Source: Lingula anatina (Eukaryota > Animalia > Brachiopoda). From it: a stretch of 64,000 nt of DNA. The notes beneath the pieces were generated by a model that saw only the letters and a list, made by a program, of their open reading frames with translations, was not told where the DNA came from and did no database searches. This document shows, piece after piece, positions 24,601 through 35,789 of the stretch. Position 1 is the first letter of the stretch. Every line of letters starts with the position of its first letter. The position numbers were made by a program, and so were the translations under genes. The stretch spans positions 18,224,587 to 18,288,586 of the forward strand of contig CM120648.1 of NCBI GenBank assembly GCA_051362555.1. Reading direction: 5' to 3'.

Positions 24601-26686
24601 AAATAACATGCAAAATTATTAAACAAATGTATTGAGATATTAAACTGTATTAACAGTTTGTCTCCTTTAAATTATATTCAGCCACAAGAAATGAATGACG
24701 CTTAGTATTATGTAATTGTTTAATTAGTTAATACTGATATCAATTCTAACTTATATGTAAACATGTAATCCACATAAGGGTGTATGGGGTATTTCATTTT
24801 TTTTTCCATATTCACCCAGAGATATTGGACAGTGGGACACTGCTGGACGGACAAACAGTTCAACAACCACAGCAAGCACCACCTGCAGCAAACCTTGGCG
24901 ATGAGGTATCCGATGCGCCACACGAGATTCCAAAGCCATCCAATGATCCGACGATGTCCGATTTTCTCGAAGTCCATGCGACTTCACCAGGTACTTTAAC
25001 CGTGTTTCTTTGTATGCCATTTTACTTAGGCCTTACAAATGTGTTTTTCGTCAGAAAAAAAAAATCAAAATGATAAGGTGCACGTGGTGATGCTGGGATT
25101 ATGGCATTTTGCCTCAGGTAGAAGATGGTGTGCATTTCGACATATTGTGGAGAACTGTATTGTACGTGTATACTTTAAAATGCTCACTACATTACTGCAC
25201 CAGTAAATACTGAAAATGGTGCATGTATTTTTATACAGTGTCAAATAAAATATATGTGCCAAATTTAATTAAAATTTACGTACATTTTTGCCATAATGCT
25301 TTTAAAAATGCGTTCAAGATCACTACGAAAAACGAAAGTGTGTCGAGACGTTACCTAATTGTATTTGGGAAGCTGTCAGACGATTTCTTTCGAAAAAAGA
25401 CTTTGTAGCTTATGCAGATGTTGAGAAAAAAACATGCCGATTATGGAAAATTCAATTATCAAAATTTAAACTACGTAATTTGACAGATTTTAATTTAATT
25501 TAATTTAAAAATCGCTATCGTGTATTTCTGACATTGAATTCTCAGTGTGCACAAAGTGTAGGCATCGAAGGCATTCATGAATGTCGACACGTTTGATTCT
25601 TTGAATCAGACGCTTCATGTTACTTGATAGCGCAGAGGCATGCCAGGGAAAACAGAGGAAGAAAAACAAGTTCTGGTTTTTCTTGATTGAAGGCTTCGAT
25701 TTGTTGAAGGGCAATTCTGTATAGCCTGGTTTCCAAAGATCGTGTGGCAGGCATTTCAGCAAAACAAAATGCATCGCCAAGGACCCGAATGCCATGGCAA
25801 AATGTTTTAAGTTTACTTTGTTATTTTGATACAAATAAGCTTCCGGTTGACATAGATTTGACTGGTCTCCAACTTTCCATGCTGCACTGTGCCTGACCGA
25901 AAAAAAAAAGCCTTAAAATGAGTAGTGATTCAGTGTTCCAATGATGCCTGCGATGGCTAGAAACGTGACCCGTATTATTGGCCTTTTGGAGATCATTTCA
26001 GGTCGGTTCACTGTAACACTATCGGCAAATATACTTTACTAATAGTTCCTCGATCTATGCGATTTATGAAATTTGCTTTTCCGCACTCTCAGTGAGACTA
26101 AGTACTGTTATATTAACAAAATAAAAATAAACAGTACCGTTGCATCTACGAGTAAATAATACGTTAAGGCTTCAGTATTTTCTGTTTCAGATTACGTATC
26201 TTGGCGACACACGGGAAAGGGAACATGGTTTGTTCAATCCATTGTCGATACATTTTATCGTGAAGCACACAAATATGACGTTTTACAAATGTTGGTGAAT
26301 GTAAGTACTGAAATAACATGAACTATATTATTTTACATTGAAAGTGTGTTAAATTCATTAGAACACCAATCAAATATAAAACATAGCTGCCAGAAGAAGT
26401 GACTTGACGTAAGAGGTGACTTATGTAAATACAGTCCAACATGCACAGACTTTTTAAGAACCAGCGAAATGCTCTTCTGTATATTTTGACAGTTTAATCA
26501 GAACTGTTCACTTTATGTAATATTTTATTTCACCAGGTCAATCACGCGATCTCTCAAAAGCAAACAATAGAGGGCAACAAACAGGCACCAGAGATAGTTA
26601 CCAGCTTACGAAAGAAAGTTTTCTTCAACATAACTCCAGGTAAGCAAAAAGAGTCGCATCTTCCCGAGGTGTATTCGGCCGAATAA
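1311..26686 (+). CDS. Multi-exon NHL-Roc-COR-caspase fusion gene (about 1281 aa). Exons: 1311-2241, 9288-9518, 9968-10123, 10419-10469, 14268-14318, 15152-15397, 15800-15924, 17015-18197, 22876-22925, 23243-23413, 24337-24556, 24820-24990, 26191-26300, 26537-26686
   Basis: Every junction has an AG acceptor and a GT donor (one GC donor) with matching phases (1,1,1,1,1,1,0,1,0,0,1,1,0). The exons sum to 3846 nt with no internal stop. Domain motifs appear in colinear order. Confidence 0.72.
4938..7354. mobile_element. Non-autonomous TIR DNA transposon (CMC/EnSpm-like), copy 1, carrying a Gypsy gag-protease fragment
   Basis: TIR CCCAGACAGCCTCAGTAATCTGGCCC, TA on both flanks, subterminal CCAGATCTGG repeat arrays; inserted into a HINE remnant. 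Confidence 0.85.
5900..6753 (-). pseudogene. Decayed Gypsy gag/aspartic protease fragment inside the TIR element (also at about 31150-32008)
   Basis: RWLDSFELFADG (gag, in the 31792-31986 frame), LSVLPDSGAYCNII (DSG protease motif) and a PBS-like TGGCGACGAG on the minus strand. Confidence 0.7.
8480..9024. mobile_element. PIF/Harbinger-type MITE
   Basis: About 150-bp near-perfect TIRs (GAGCGCATTCTCAACGAATTAAGCCAGG...) and a TTA target-site duplication on both sides. Confidence 0.85.
9288..9518 (+). CDS. Roc GTPase exon with P-loop (G1) and switch I (G2)
   Basis: ttaccag| acceptor; RVAIVGPYGVGKTHLAKRL...NTTGVNI; AAG|GTAAGC donor; phase 1-1. Confidence 0.88.
9968..10123 (+). CDS. Symmetric exon encoding an acidic insert within the Roc domain
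   Basis: ttctcag|...AGAG|GTATTG, 156 nt and open in phase 1 (DDPKDQFAQNMAIGVQNSDTFCEPDLTVLDQTPLEESLPDSEVNINNMLTNR). Confidence 0.65.
10419..10469 (+). CDS. 51-nt symmetric mini-exon, copy 1 (APPDDSELPASPDKTA)
   Basis: Polypyrimidine tract + tag| and CAG|GTAAAT donor; phase 1-1; near-identical copy at 14268. Confidence 0.65.
11690..11850 (+). repeat. Dispersed repeat, related copy at about 62270-62420
   Basis: Shared CGGTCAGATTTT..A.TTTACATTGACGGGTAT.TATTTTTT.CTGT.GGAAGA...GGAGGATGGAT. Confidence 0.6.
11955..14024 (+). mobile_element. HINE (Helentron-associated element) with internal 146-bp tandem repeats; 3' end truncated
   Basis: 5' TTATTAGTACCACCAGCGTATACGCTGGCGGTAC hairpin, tandem units at about 12750-13600, and 3' subTIR GCTTGTGGTAC. 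Confidence 0.8.
14268..14318 (+). CDS. 51-nt symmetric mini-exon, copy 2 (APPDDSESPASPDKTA)
   Basis: ctacag| and CAG|GTAAGT; part of a local duplication of about 10250-10565 at about 14035-14440. Confidence 0.65.
15152..15397 (+). CDS. Roc GTPase exon with G3 motif
   Basis: [32 protein letters not shown], the Roc signature WDFAGQ..Y...H. Confidence 0.92.
15800..15924 (+). CDS. Roc GTPase exon with G4 motif
   Basis: FWLNSIHMH...PYVLIIGTHKD; tttttcag| and CAG|GTGAAA. Confidence 0.9.
16030..16751 (+). mobile_element. 5'-truncated HINE
   Basis: 146-bp repeats, then subTIR GCTGGTGGTAC, stem-loop GAGGCGGTATCGCCTC and terminal CTAG|TTT. Confidence 0.8.
17015..18197 (+). CDS. Exon encoding the end of Roc (G5, FAISN) and the COR domain
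   Basis: NWIKLEMNL, FIPYHHRQGDILHF..LENVVIIDPLWL, LMLHFDL, FIVPSML and PIGLFHRLI are typical COR motifs; donor CAG|GTAAGC. Confidence 0.88.
19498..22204 (+). pseudogene. Degenerate tandem duplicate of the COR exon, split by a HINE insertion
   Basis: Paralogous to 17339-18197. It is 5'-truncated, has TGG>TAG at 19579-19581 and is interrupted at about 19933-21792. It resumes FHRLIIRLLRKY and ends in the same WFSG|GTAAGC donor. Confidence 0.85.
19933..21792 (+). mobile_element. Complete HINE inserted in the COR pseudo-exon
   Basis: 5' subTIR/hairpin, about 146-bp tandem repeats, 3' subTIR + stem-loop + CTAG, followed by TTT. The empty site can be reconstructed from the intact paralogous exon (GGGTTG TTTCATCG), with no clear TSD. 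Confidence 0.85.
22876..26686 (+). CDS. Caspase domain exons (p20: 22876-22925, 23243-23413, 24337-24556; linker and p10: 24820-24990, 26191-26300, 26537-26686)
   Basis: YKNDSEPRGRALIINN, RDGTEVD, catalytic LSHG, GKPKMIFIQACQG, linker EVSDA, DFL..HATSPDYVSWRH..GTWFVQ and KQAPEIVTSLRKKVFF. Confidence 0.93.
23735..24109. mobile_element. Tc1/mariner-type MITE in a caspase intron
   Basis: TIR CAACATTGGTCAAA..GGTTGTCCCACCCC; TA TSD. Confidence 0.8.
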
Positions 26687-26883
26687 TAAAGACTCGAGAT
26701 CAAAAGTAAGCAAAAACAACGAACCTGGAACGTGTTAAGGTACAAACAATGCTGCCAGTCCTGCTGAAGATCTCATCCTTTTATCAAATGTCTCAAATCT
26801 CCCACCCAGTTGCAGACCCCACCTACAAAATTGTTTCCCAACTTCAATAAATCATTCCCAACTAAAGCTGGAACTTCAAGGTT

Positions 26884-27320
26884 ATGATCTTCATAAGGTT
26901 ATTTTTCTCATCAATGTTATTTCTATGTGTTTCCACCACAACTCCTAGCATTCACGCACCTCACATTCATTTATCAGTACTTACTCCTCCTGAAGTGATT
27001 TGGGACTACATTGAATCAGGTTATCCTTTGGGCAGATTGCTGGCACAATTTAGTCTCCTTCTTACAGATTTCAAATATTCAATGTTACATGTTGTCCCGA
27101 AATCTGATCTTCACAAAACTCGTGTAATTTACAATCTTTTTTTTTATCCCAACCTGGTCTCGGTTGATTCTAACATTCCAAGAGAGTTCTCTGTGGCACA
27201 GTACGAGATCATTGATGCTGTTATCGCACATGTCCAACATTTTGTTCGTGGTGCTCTTTTAGGTATATCTTATATTCAAGATGTTTTCCACATTTTACCG
27301 ATTATCAACTGCGTCCATCC
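26884..27320 (+). pseudogene. Decayed DIRS/Ngaro-type reverse transcriptase fragment
   Basis: LGRL..F...F..S.LHVVPKSD..K.R.I.NL..P...SV...IP.EFS..QY..ID.VI......RGALL...IQDVF.ILPI resembles tyrosine-recombinase retrotransposon RT N-termini. Confidence 0.6.
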
Positions 27321-29338
27321 CTTAAAGGCCCAGTGGGTCACCTGTGACCCACACATTTGACACGTCCCCACCCACACCACACAAAATGAATCCACTTCAT
27401 TTTGCCATTTCCTATTCCTTATGTACTAGTTTATCCTTGTTGACCAATTAAAAACTAGTTCATTATCCTTCACTTCACTCAAATATGTCTGCCTCCATAA
27501 GAAGGAGTTAATGCTATTGTCTAGTGGGTTTTTATGTGTCTGTATTGTCATCTCAAGGTAAATAATAATGTCAATATTCTGCCTTTTCATTATAAATACA
27601 ATAGTCTTAAACCACACAGAAATGTTTTATACAGTTGTTAGCTACGCTTCCAGGTTTAAATTAATTTTTTTATGTTGTTATTGTAATAAAAAGAAGTTTG
27701 TGATATCTTGAAACTTAGTTATTTGTTTACCTCTAAAGCCCAGTGGGTCACCGGTGGAACATAACCAAAAACTAGGTCAATGTTGCCCAAAACATTTTTT
27801 TCAACATTTATTGATAAATATGCTTATTACAACCCTATTACCTAGGCATTAAACTTTTCATGCAAGAAAAACATGTCCTGGAGTGATCTGTTTTATTATG
27901 AGAAATGTTTCCCAATAGGTGCAAGTTGTTTGTGCCAGATTTTTTAATCTATGAGTAAAGCTATGCAATGGATTATGTTGGAGAGATTTCATGATTTGGC
28001 CATGTCCCATATACTAGATGATATCTGTTTCATTGGACCTCAAAATTCCAAGAAGTGTCAGGTTGATTTTTCTTGTGTTATGCACATGGATAAACGTTTC
28101 CATTAACGCAGTAAAAACCTTTACTCTGACCACTTGTTTAACGTAAACAACCTTTACTCTGACCACTTTTGTTTATTTTATCTCATCGAAATAGATTCAA
28201 TACAAATGAAACCTTGGATAGGCTTTTAGGGTTTAATCTGAAATAAAATTTCAGGCATCGGTCAAACGTGTCTAATTTAGTTCAGTTTTGTCGTGGGATA
28301 TGGTTGATTGGGCGAGTAATGACCCACCCACTTATTGTCCATGTGGTTCAAGTATGGCGATTTTGATGACCAAGGTAACTACTTACTCCCTTGTTTCATT
28401 AAGTTATCTGCTATTCCAGGTTCTCTGTTCGAACCAGTAATCTGTGCAACCTTAAATTACTCCTAATGTGCCCCCTAGTCATGCGATTCCCAGATTATAA
28501 CTTACTTTGATGTGTTTAGGATCTTATTATTTTTTTACTATTAAAAATGATAATTTTCAGTCATATGCACTTTACCTCATTTGCCTTTGAGCAAAAACAG
28601 AGCTGCGTTGTGCTAATGATCATTTGGCTACATAAAACAGCAATTTAGATAATTGTGTTTATGTAGGGAATGTCTACCAGTGAGATTTAAGTCATCCAGC
28701 TTTTTAGCTGCTTGATATTTACCCGCATTGTTACGTAGTGCAGTTTAAGCAGCTACACTGGAAGATTACTTGCTTCGTTATTTCATTTTTATTTGGACAC
28801 ATTCCACCTTCCCCCATCACCCGCCTTAGTACTTGTGTTTTTCTCTCTTTTTTGTTTATTTATTTATTTTTTTTTACTAACCAGAGTCTCTATTTCTGCG
28901 CCAATAACTATTGTGGTTTCATATATATTTTATTCTGAATTAATCTTGGTTGCACCCATTAAACTATATTATTATTATTTATATTATGACATTTATATAG
29001 CATGGGGTGTATGATAATCCCCCATTTTTGTAAGTTTATATCTCATTATTCTTCGTCATTAATAAATGACAATTTTCAGTCATATGGACTTTATGCTATG
29101 TACCTTTGAGCAAAAAGCTGAGCTTTGTTGTGTTGTGTGATTATTTGGCTACATGAATAGAATATTTCATCCACAGAGGTGTCTCTTGGCTGTAAGATAT
29201 ATGAAATAATATTCAAATAAATCTGAACTGAAAAAAATTAATTAATTCTATAAAACGCAATATTTTGAAGAAACATGTTGTTGTAAAGAACAGTTTTCTT
29301 GCTGCTGTCTTATCAACTGGTAATTGTTTGTGTTCTAG

Positions 29339-29370
29339 GTGAAGAAGAGCGAGTCCAAGACCAAAACTAA
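29339..29370 (+). CDS. Possible alternative terminal exon of the caspase fusion gene (GEEERVQDQN*)
   Basis: A strong donor CAG|GTAAGC at 26639 (phase 1) fits the tgttctag| acceptor. AATAAA follows at about 29459. Confidence 0.35.
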
Positions 29371-29599
29371 AGACGGCTGTCGACGGTTTCATGCACAGAG
29401 AGCCCGCAAACGAAGTACACACACTGGACTATAGAAGTGTCACCCCCTAAATCAGAGTAATAAAAGTAGGCAGATCTTCGGTAGTTATAATGTCTGGACT
29501 ACTTATAATGTGACTAATGAGTATAAAACCGCTATACCATGGAATTGTATTGTTGGTCTTGTACATGTACAGCAAATATTATTCCTGTCTTCCTCCAAT

Positions 29600-32500
29600 A
29601 TGGCAAGATACAGGCAATTACATAACGGTTATATGCGTCAAGTTTTTAACCTGAAGAGACGGAATATAGGCAATGTCAGAATATCGACACAATTGAACTG
29701 TTCAGTCAGAACCGTGCAGAGGGTCTGGTCTCGGTATGGAAACACTGGATCAAGAGACAAATTGCCTCTGATGGGTTGTCCAAGAAAAACTACTGGCCGT
29801 GAAGACCGACGACTGATTTTGATGTCCAGGTTGTCAAAGTTCGACACTGCTTGTCAGTTGACAAGACAGTTGAACAATTTTACACATAAGAATGTGCCTG
29901 TGATAATTACTAGGCGTCGGTTAAATGCTCAGAGAGTGTATAATAGGGTAGCAAGACAAAAAAAAAACTCATATATCGTTACAAAACAGGCAAGGTAGAG
30001 TGAACTAGGGTCAACAGGATCTGGAACTGGACAGTCCATGGCAATTGGTCCTATATATTTTTTTCTGGTGGGTTTCGCTTTGGTCTGACCTCTGATGACA
30101 GATGGGTACGATGCTAGCGAACTGCTGGTAAAGCATTTGAAGCACATGCACTGAATTTTCGAACCCGGAGCAGCATACCCAGACAGCCTCAGTAATCTGG
30201 CCCACGTCTGGCCCAGATCTGGCAACGTCTGGCAATGTCTGGCAAAACGTATGGCCCACGTATGGCTTGCCAGATCTGGGCCAGATGTGGCAATGTTTGG
30301 GCCAGATCTGGCCCAGACATTGCCACATCTGGCCCAGTCCACATTTGCTCATGTGGCCAGATGTCGGCCCAGATCTGGCAATATCTGGCAAAGGTATGGC
30401 ATGTCAGATGTGGACCAGATGTGGGCCAGATTAGGGCCGGACATGGACCACATATGGCCCAGATTGTTTTTTTTTTTTCTTTTTTTTTTAAATTATTTTA
30501 ATTATTCAATTAAGATTACTATAAAAAAAAAAGACATACAAGATTCAAGATTCAAGTATTTATTCTGTGCTAAAACCCTAAACAAAATTATTACACATTA
30601 TATAACCTTGCTGGCAACTAACATGTAACAAATTAAGCGCAACTCCTTGTCTTTTTTTACAAAACAATGTATGTTTGAAAAAAAAAAAAACTACACTGCA
30701 AAAAGGCGAATATACAGACACTTAACAGGAGGATATGTCACTTACATACATGTAAAGAAAACAGTTATAACAGCAATTTTTTTTTTCAACACAAAGCTGC
30801 TCATCGAATCTGAATCAACACAAATTACAAAAATTGTAATTAATTATGCATATACATTGGGGGGAGGGAGGAGTTTGAGGGGGAAATATTTTTTCCTTGA
30901 CAAGCTTATAATTTTTAAAGGAATCAACAATGGAACAAGTAACTCTACCAAGTTAACAACAGTTCATTCAAATGTCAAGTCAAAACACAACATCCCTTCC
31001 TTTCTGGGAGAGAAACCGTCCTTTCAAAATATGTTAATTGACAGTTCAGTCTTTAAAATGTCCTTTCAAACATTTGCAGAATAGCATATGAACTCCAACT
31101 TTTATTCCTTAAACCACACTGAAAATTATCAAAACTAATCAACTCATATCAAATCCCATGTCCTTTCACTACTATTGGTCTCTTCTTTGCTTGCCTTTAC
31201 ATCACATTCAAATGTTCCCTTCACTTTTAAAGGTTTCTCAGACGTGTATGAATAATACTGTTTGTTTTCTGGTCCTCCACAAATGCCACATTTATTTTTC
31301 TTGGATTTCAGAATTCTCCATGTATTTACATCAATGATATTACAATATGCACCTGAATCTGGTAATACACTGAGATTAACACCTCCTCTATTTCCTCCAT
31401 GTCTTCTGTGTATATTGCATTGGTTCCCACACCAAATGTATATGCACTCCTGGATTATCATGTTCAAAGCTGTCATTTACATGAATAATAGTTTCAGTTT
31501 TGCAGACTTTTGCAAAGTGATCCAACGTTCCATGTTTTCTCAGTCGGGGAGTTTCTACTTCGTTTTTCATGTCTTAACTCGTAATGTTAAGACTGGCTTG
31601 GTTTGTCAAATGACTTCGGTTTCATCATACTCGCAGTTTCTGGTGTTCCAATTTCATTTAAAACGTTAACTGTCTTATGTATATTCATGTTTCTAACCTG
31701 TGTTTGGGAGAGTCCTGAAAATATCTTGTACACCTGTCCCTGCTGAATACAACATAAGCGCGCGTCTCCTCTGTCATGTATTTTTAATTTTCTATCTTTG
31801 TTCATTATTCATGCCATCCGTTGGTTCTGAAACGATCAATCCTTCTCCGTCAGCGAAGAGTTCAAAACTGTCTAGCCATCGCGTCGAGCGTGACCCTAAT
31901 GTCTCCGGACTTCTGTACAGTTCGAATTTCGTAATTTCACATTTTTCCTCCATTTTCTCAAAGAAAGTTGGCTCACATTTTTTCACTAGTGTTAATTCTC
32001 GTCGCCAGTGTTAATGCCTTCTAAATAAATCGCATCGCGAATCAAATCACTCAACGAATTGTATCAGTTTGATAAGCTTGTGCTTTTTTCATATCCATAA
32101 CTCTTTAGAAAAAACGCTACATCCGGGTCTTTGACCGGCTTATCATAAAAAGCGGAATCTTAAAACAGCGGAACGAGTAGTTCAAAAAAGTTTTAGAACA
32201 GTGAATTCATTCAAATGTCAAGTCAAATTAAACAAATAGCACACTTATGAGGGGACTTTGAAGAAAAGAGAGAGAGATAAATTAAATCAAAATTTATCAA
32301 ATGACGTCAGTTCACTGCATTCAGCTCACCATAGGCCATAAAAAATAAATAAATAGAAAAAAAAATTGAAAATGAAAGTACCATATCTGGCCCAAGTCTG
32401 GGCAGCATGTGGCAAAATGTGGCATAAATGCCAGACTTTGCCAGACTTGGCCCAGATCTGGCAAGTGTCTGGCAAAATGTGGCATAAATGCCAGACTTTG

Positions 32501-33000
32501 CCAGACTTGGCCCAGATCTGGCAAGTGTCGGGCAAAATCTGGCCCAGATATTGCCAGATGTTGCCAGATCTGGGCCAGACATGGGCCAGATAACTGAGGC
32601 TGTCTGGGTATTTATCATGGTGTGGGGCTGCATCAGCATCCATTGCGTGGGCGAATTGGTAGTGAGTGGTTGATGGAAACATGAATCACTAGAAATATAT
32701 CGATGTTTTGGAGTCAGGCTTGTTACCATCTATTACTAACATGTTTGGTGACAGGAGTTATCCACCAGGATGTTCACCAGGATGACAATGCTCCTTGTCA
32801 CAGGCCCAGAGCAGTTGATGATTGGTTTGAACAACAGGACATTCACAGGTGATGTGGCCTGCCCAAAGACCGGATGCAAGACCGGATGCAAACATACCTG
32901 TAATAGAAAATGTGTGGAATGATATTTCAAAACTTTTGACAAATGTCCGTCTAACCAGTAGAGAATAATAGTTATATTATATAGAAAATAGTTATATTCA
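29600..33000 (+). mobile_element. Tc1-like transposase pseudogene split by the TIR element
   Basis: HTH region ISTQLNCSVRTVQRVWSRY..TGS...GCPRKTTGRED. After the insertion come MVWGCIS..VGEL and a QDDNAPCH-like motif. Ends approximate. Confidence 0.75.
30178..32608. mobile_element. Same TIR element, copy 2, inserted into a Tc1 transposase remnant
   Basis: Same TIRs and TA TSD; near-identical interior to 4938-7354. Confidence 0.85.
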
Positions 33001-33446
33001 GTGTTTTTTTTTTTTTGTTTTTTTTTTTTTGTGAAATTTGATGTTAATAAAATGATACCAGGAGCATAATATTCCACAGTCATTTATCTACCCCATAGTA
33101 TTGGTGCAGTAGGGGAGACACTGCTATTGTTCAGTGTGTACTTGCATTTTTTACTAGATTCTATTTTAAAATGGAGATATTAGGCAGTTCTCTATGAACA
33201 TTTCATTCGCCTTTGGTGTAAATATTACAAAGGATTACGCAGTGCAGAGGTCAAATGCCTGATATTAGGGACATTCTGTCCAGCTCTTAAGGAATTTTGG
33301 GGTAACATTTCATTAAACAGACTTGTAATTATTTCTGAATATATGTCTCGCCGTCTACAGGAGACACATGCAGCACTTAGACATTAGCTTCTAAATAACG
33401 CAGTCTGATGCGGATAAAATATATGCTCTTGTTGATAATGTACATA

Positions 33447-34481
33447 CTCTGAAGTATCAAATAAACGTACCGGTACGTTAATTAATTTTCCAAATTTCTT
33501 CCCGCCGGTACGCTCCATTTTCACCCAGTACGCTTATTAATTTTTCAAAAATCTTCCATCCGGTATGTTTATTAAATACCTATTGTACCGGTGGGAAATT
33601 ACACAAGTACAAGTCACGCTTTTTATTTTCTTAAATTGAAGTATAATGAGAAGAAAATCGAGATCTCAACTCATTACCGACTGTTCTACAAACAGCACTG
33701 GAAAGTAGGTCAAGCGGAAGTCGCTCTTTGAACACAACAGTACATACGTCACCTGATTTCAGTTCCTATAAATAGACGTGCTTTCCCTTCAACAGTGAGA
33801 ACTACTCATGTATATCGATCGAATGATGCAATGTCGCAAGGTGATAGGATCATATTTATAGCTAAGGAGGTCATTTCAAGTGCAGCAAAGAAGTTGTGTC
33901 TGTTTTCAAACGTCAATTATTTCATGCCGATTTATGATTTAAACGATGCTAAATCACATTTCTATGTAAGATAAACCCTAAGGAGTTTACAGGTATGCAA
34001 AACGAACCTTATATCTGAGAATAAATTTACTATGAAAAACGTCTCCGTATGGCTCTCGGAGGCGGCTTAGGTGCGATATATCTGGGTCTTCGGCCCCTGA
34101 CGATTATGAAATTTAACTCATGGCAAATATATATATATATTTTTTTTGAAAAGGTAAATTAGATATCCCGTTTTTAAGATAAATTATAATACTGAGTGAA
34201 TTTTACCTGGTGAATTTTTTTTTACAATGATCAATAGCTAGCTTTTTTCTTTCTCTTCTTCTTCTTTACTTTTATTTATTTATTTCATTTTTTTTTTTTG
34301 GGGGGGGGGAGTGGTGTAAAGTTTTTTTCCACCCAGTACTTTTATTCCTTCCAGTACTTTTATTAAATTTTGAGATTTTTTCCACCCAGTACTTTTATTC
34401 CATCAGTACTTTAATTAAATTTTGAGATTTTTTCCACCCAGTACTTTTATTCCATCAGTACTTTTATTCGATACTTCAGAG
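33447..34481. mobile_element. Non-autonomous TA-targeting DNA transposon
   Basis: TIR CTCTGAAGTATC.AATAAA.GTAC, TA TSD, and subterminal CCAGTAC repeats. Confidence 0.75.
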
Positions 34482-35789
34482 TAAATTTGGTGATAGTTGG
34501 CGGGGTCTTATCACTAAATGAATATTTTTACCTGTCCGGAAATCAATATAGAATATCAGATAAGATGGGCATGAATAATCTAAATCTGCAGTGTGGTATA
34601 AGATATGGATTTTCACACTGGTATTTTGTTTTATGTACCTTAGCCCATGTTGATTACAGTGTCTGCAATAAAAATATTAGAGACGGTTAACAGGTCTGAT
34701 GCGATCATTTGTAAACGAAAGCACATGCAATTGGAGACGTGAAAACCTTTTTGATAAGTGGGTATGTTATAATAGAAATATAAGGCCACACTTTTTTATT
34801 TTTATGGATGACATCCTCTGGGAACCCCAAAATCGGTGCGAGCGGGCGAAAAAAAAAAAAACAGTCAAAAAAAAAAAAAAAAAAAAACCTGCTTAAGAAA
34901 AGTTATGTGTTCAGTACACAGCTGGAAACACTAATTTACCACAGAAACACGTATCAAACTAACAACATGTCTTTATCCATGCTCTCAAAATATTAAAGCA
35001 TTGTGAATATGGCCTACTTCGTAGAAAGGTAAAAAGTCATGAATATACCTTCGTAGAAAGGTAAAAAGTCATGAATATATATGCTGCATATTACCAAATC
35101 TATTTAAGGTTATTTCATGCATTCTGTTGGTATAGCAATCAATAAAACAAATATAATAAAATATAATAGCGTGTCTTTATTTGTACTCTCAGAAAATTAA
35201 AGCATTGTAAACACTTCACAGAATTGTTTAAAAAAATGAAGCAAAGATAGGCCTTTGCTTCCTACTACCAAATCTAAAAAAGGTAATTTCGGTCGATGCC
35301 ATTTTGTCTACTTCGACTCACACGTAGCAGCCAACTATCGGGTGGCCTGTCCGACCTTCAGTCCACCAAATACCACGACGCTCTTGTCGACCCTTTTTTC
35401 GCTACAAAAAAACCTGGTATGTGCTGCTTTGGACAGAATGTCACTGAAATTTTCCGGGCGATGATCGCTGGCCGCGGCCAGCCTTTCGTATAATTGTAAA
35501 AGGGTGATATCTCCATGACAATATCAATGGCAAACCAATCCAAAACGATGGCCCCGTTCTCTTTATGACTTTAATTGTCGTGTATTTTGAAATGAATGCT
35601 AGAGATGAATTTGACGGCAAAGCTGCCATATTTCCACGTGGTGATAATACGCATGCGCAGAAAGCTCATTTTCCGCACTCGGAACTACTCGGATGTCTCC
35701 GCAGTTGACAATGACAGTATGGAGCTTGCGGAATAAGCCGAGGATTGCCGATTGCATTTTCCGGTAAATTCAATAAAGACGTTTGCGAC

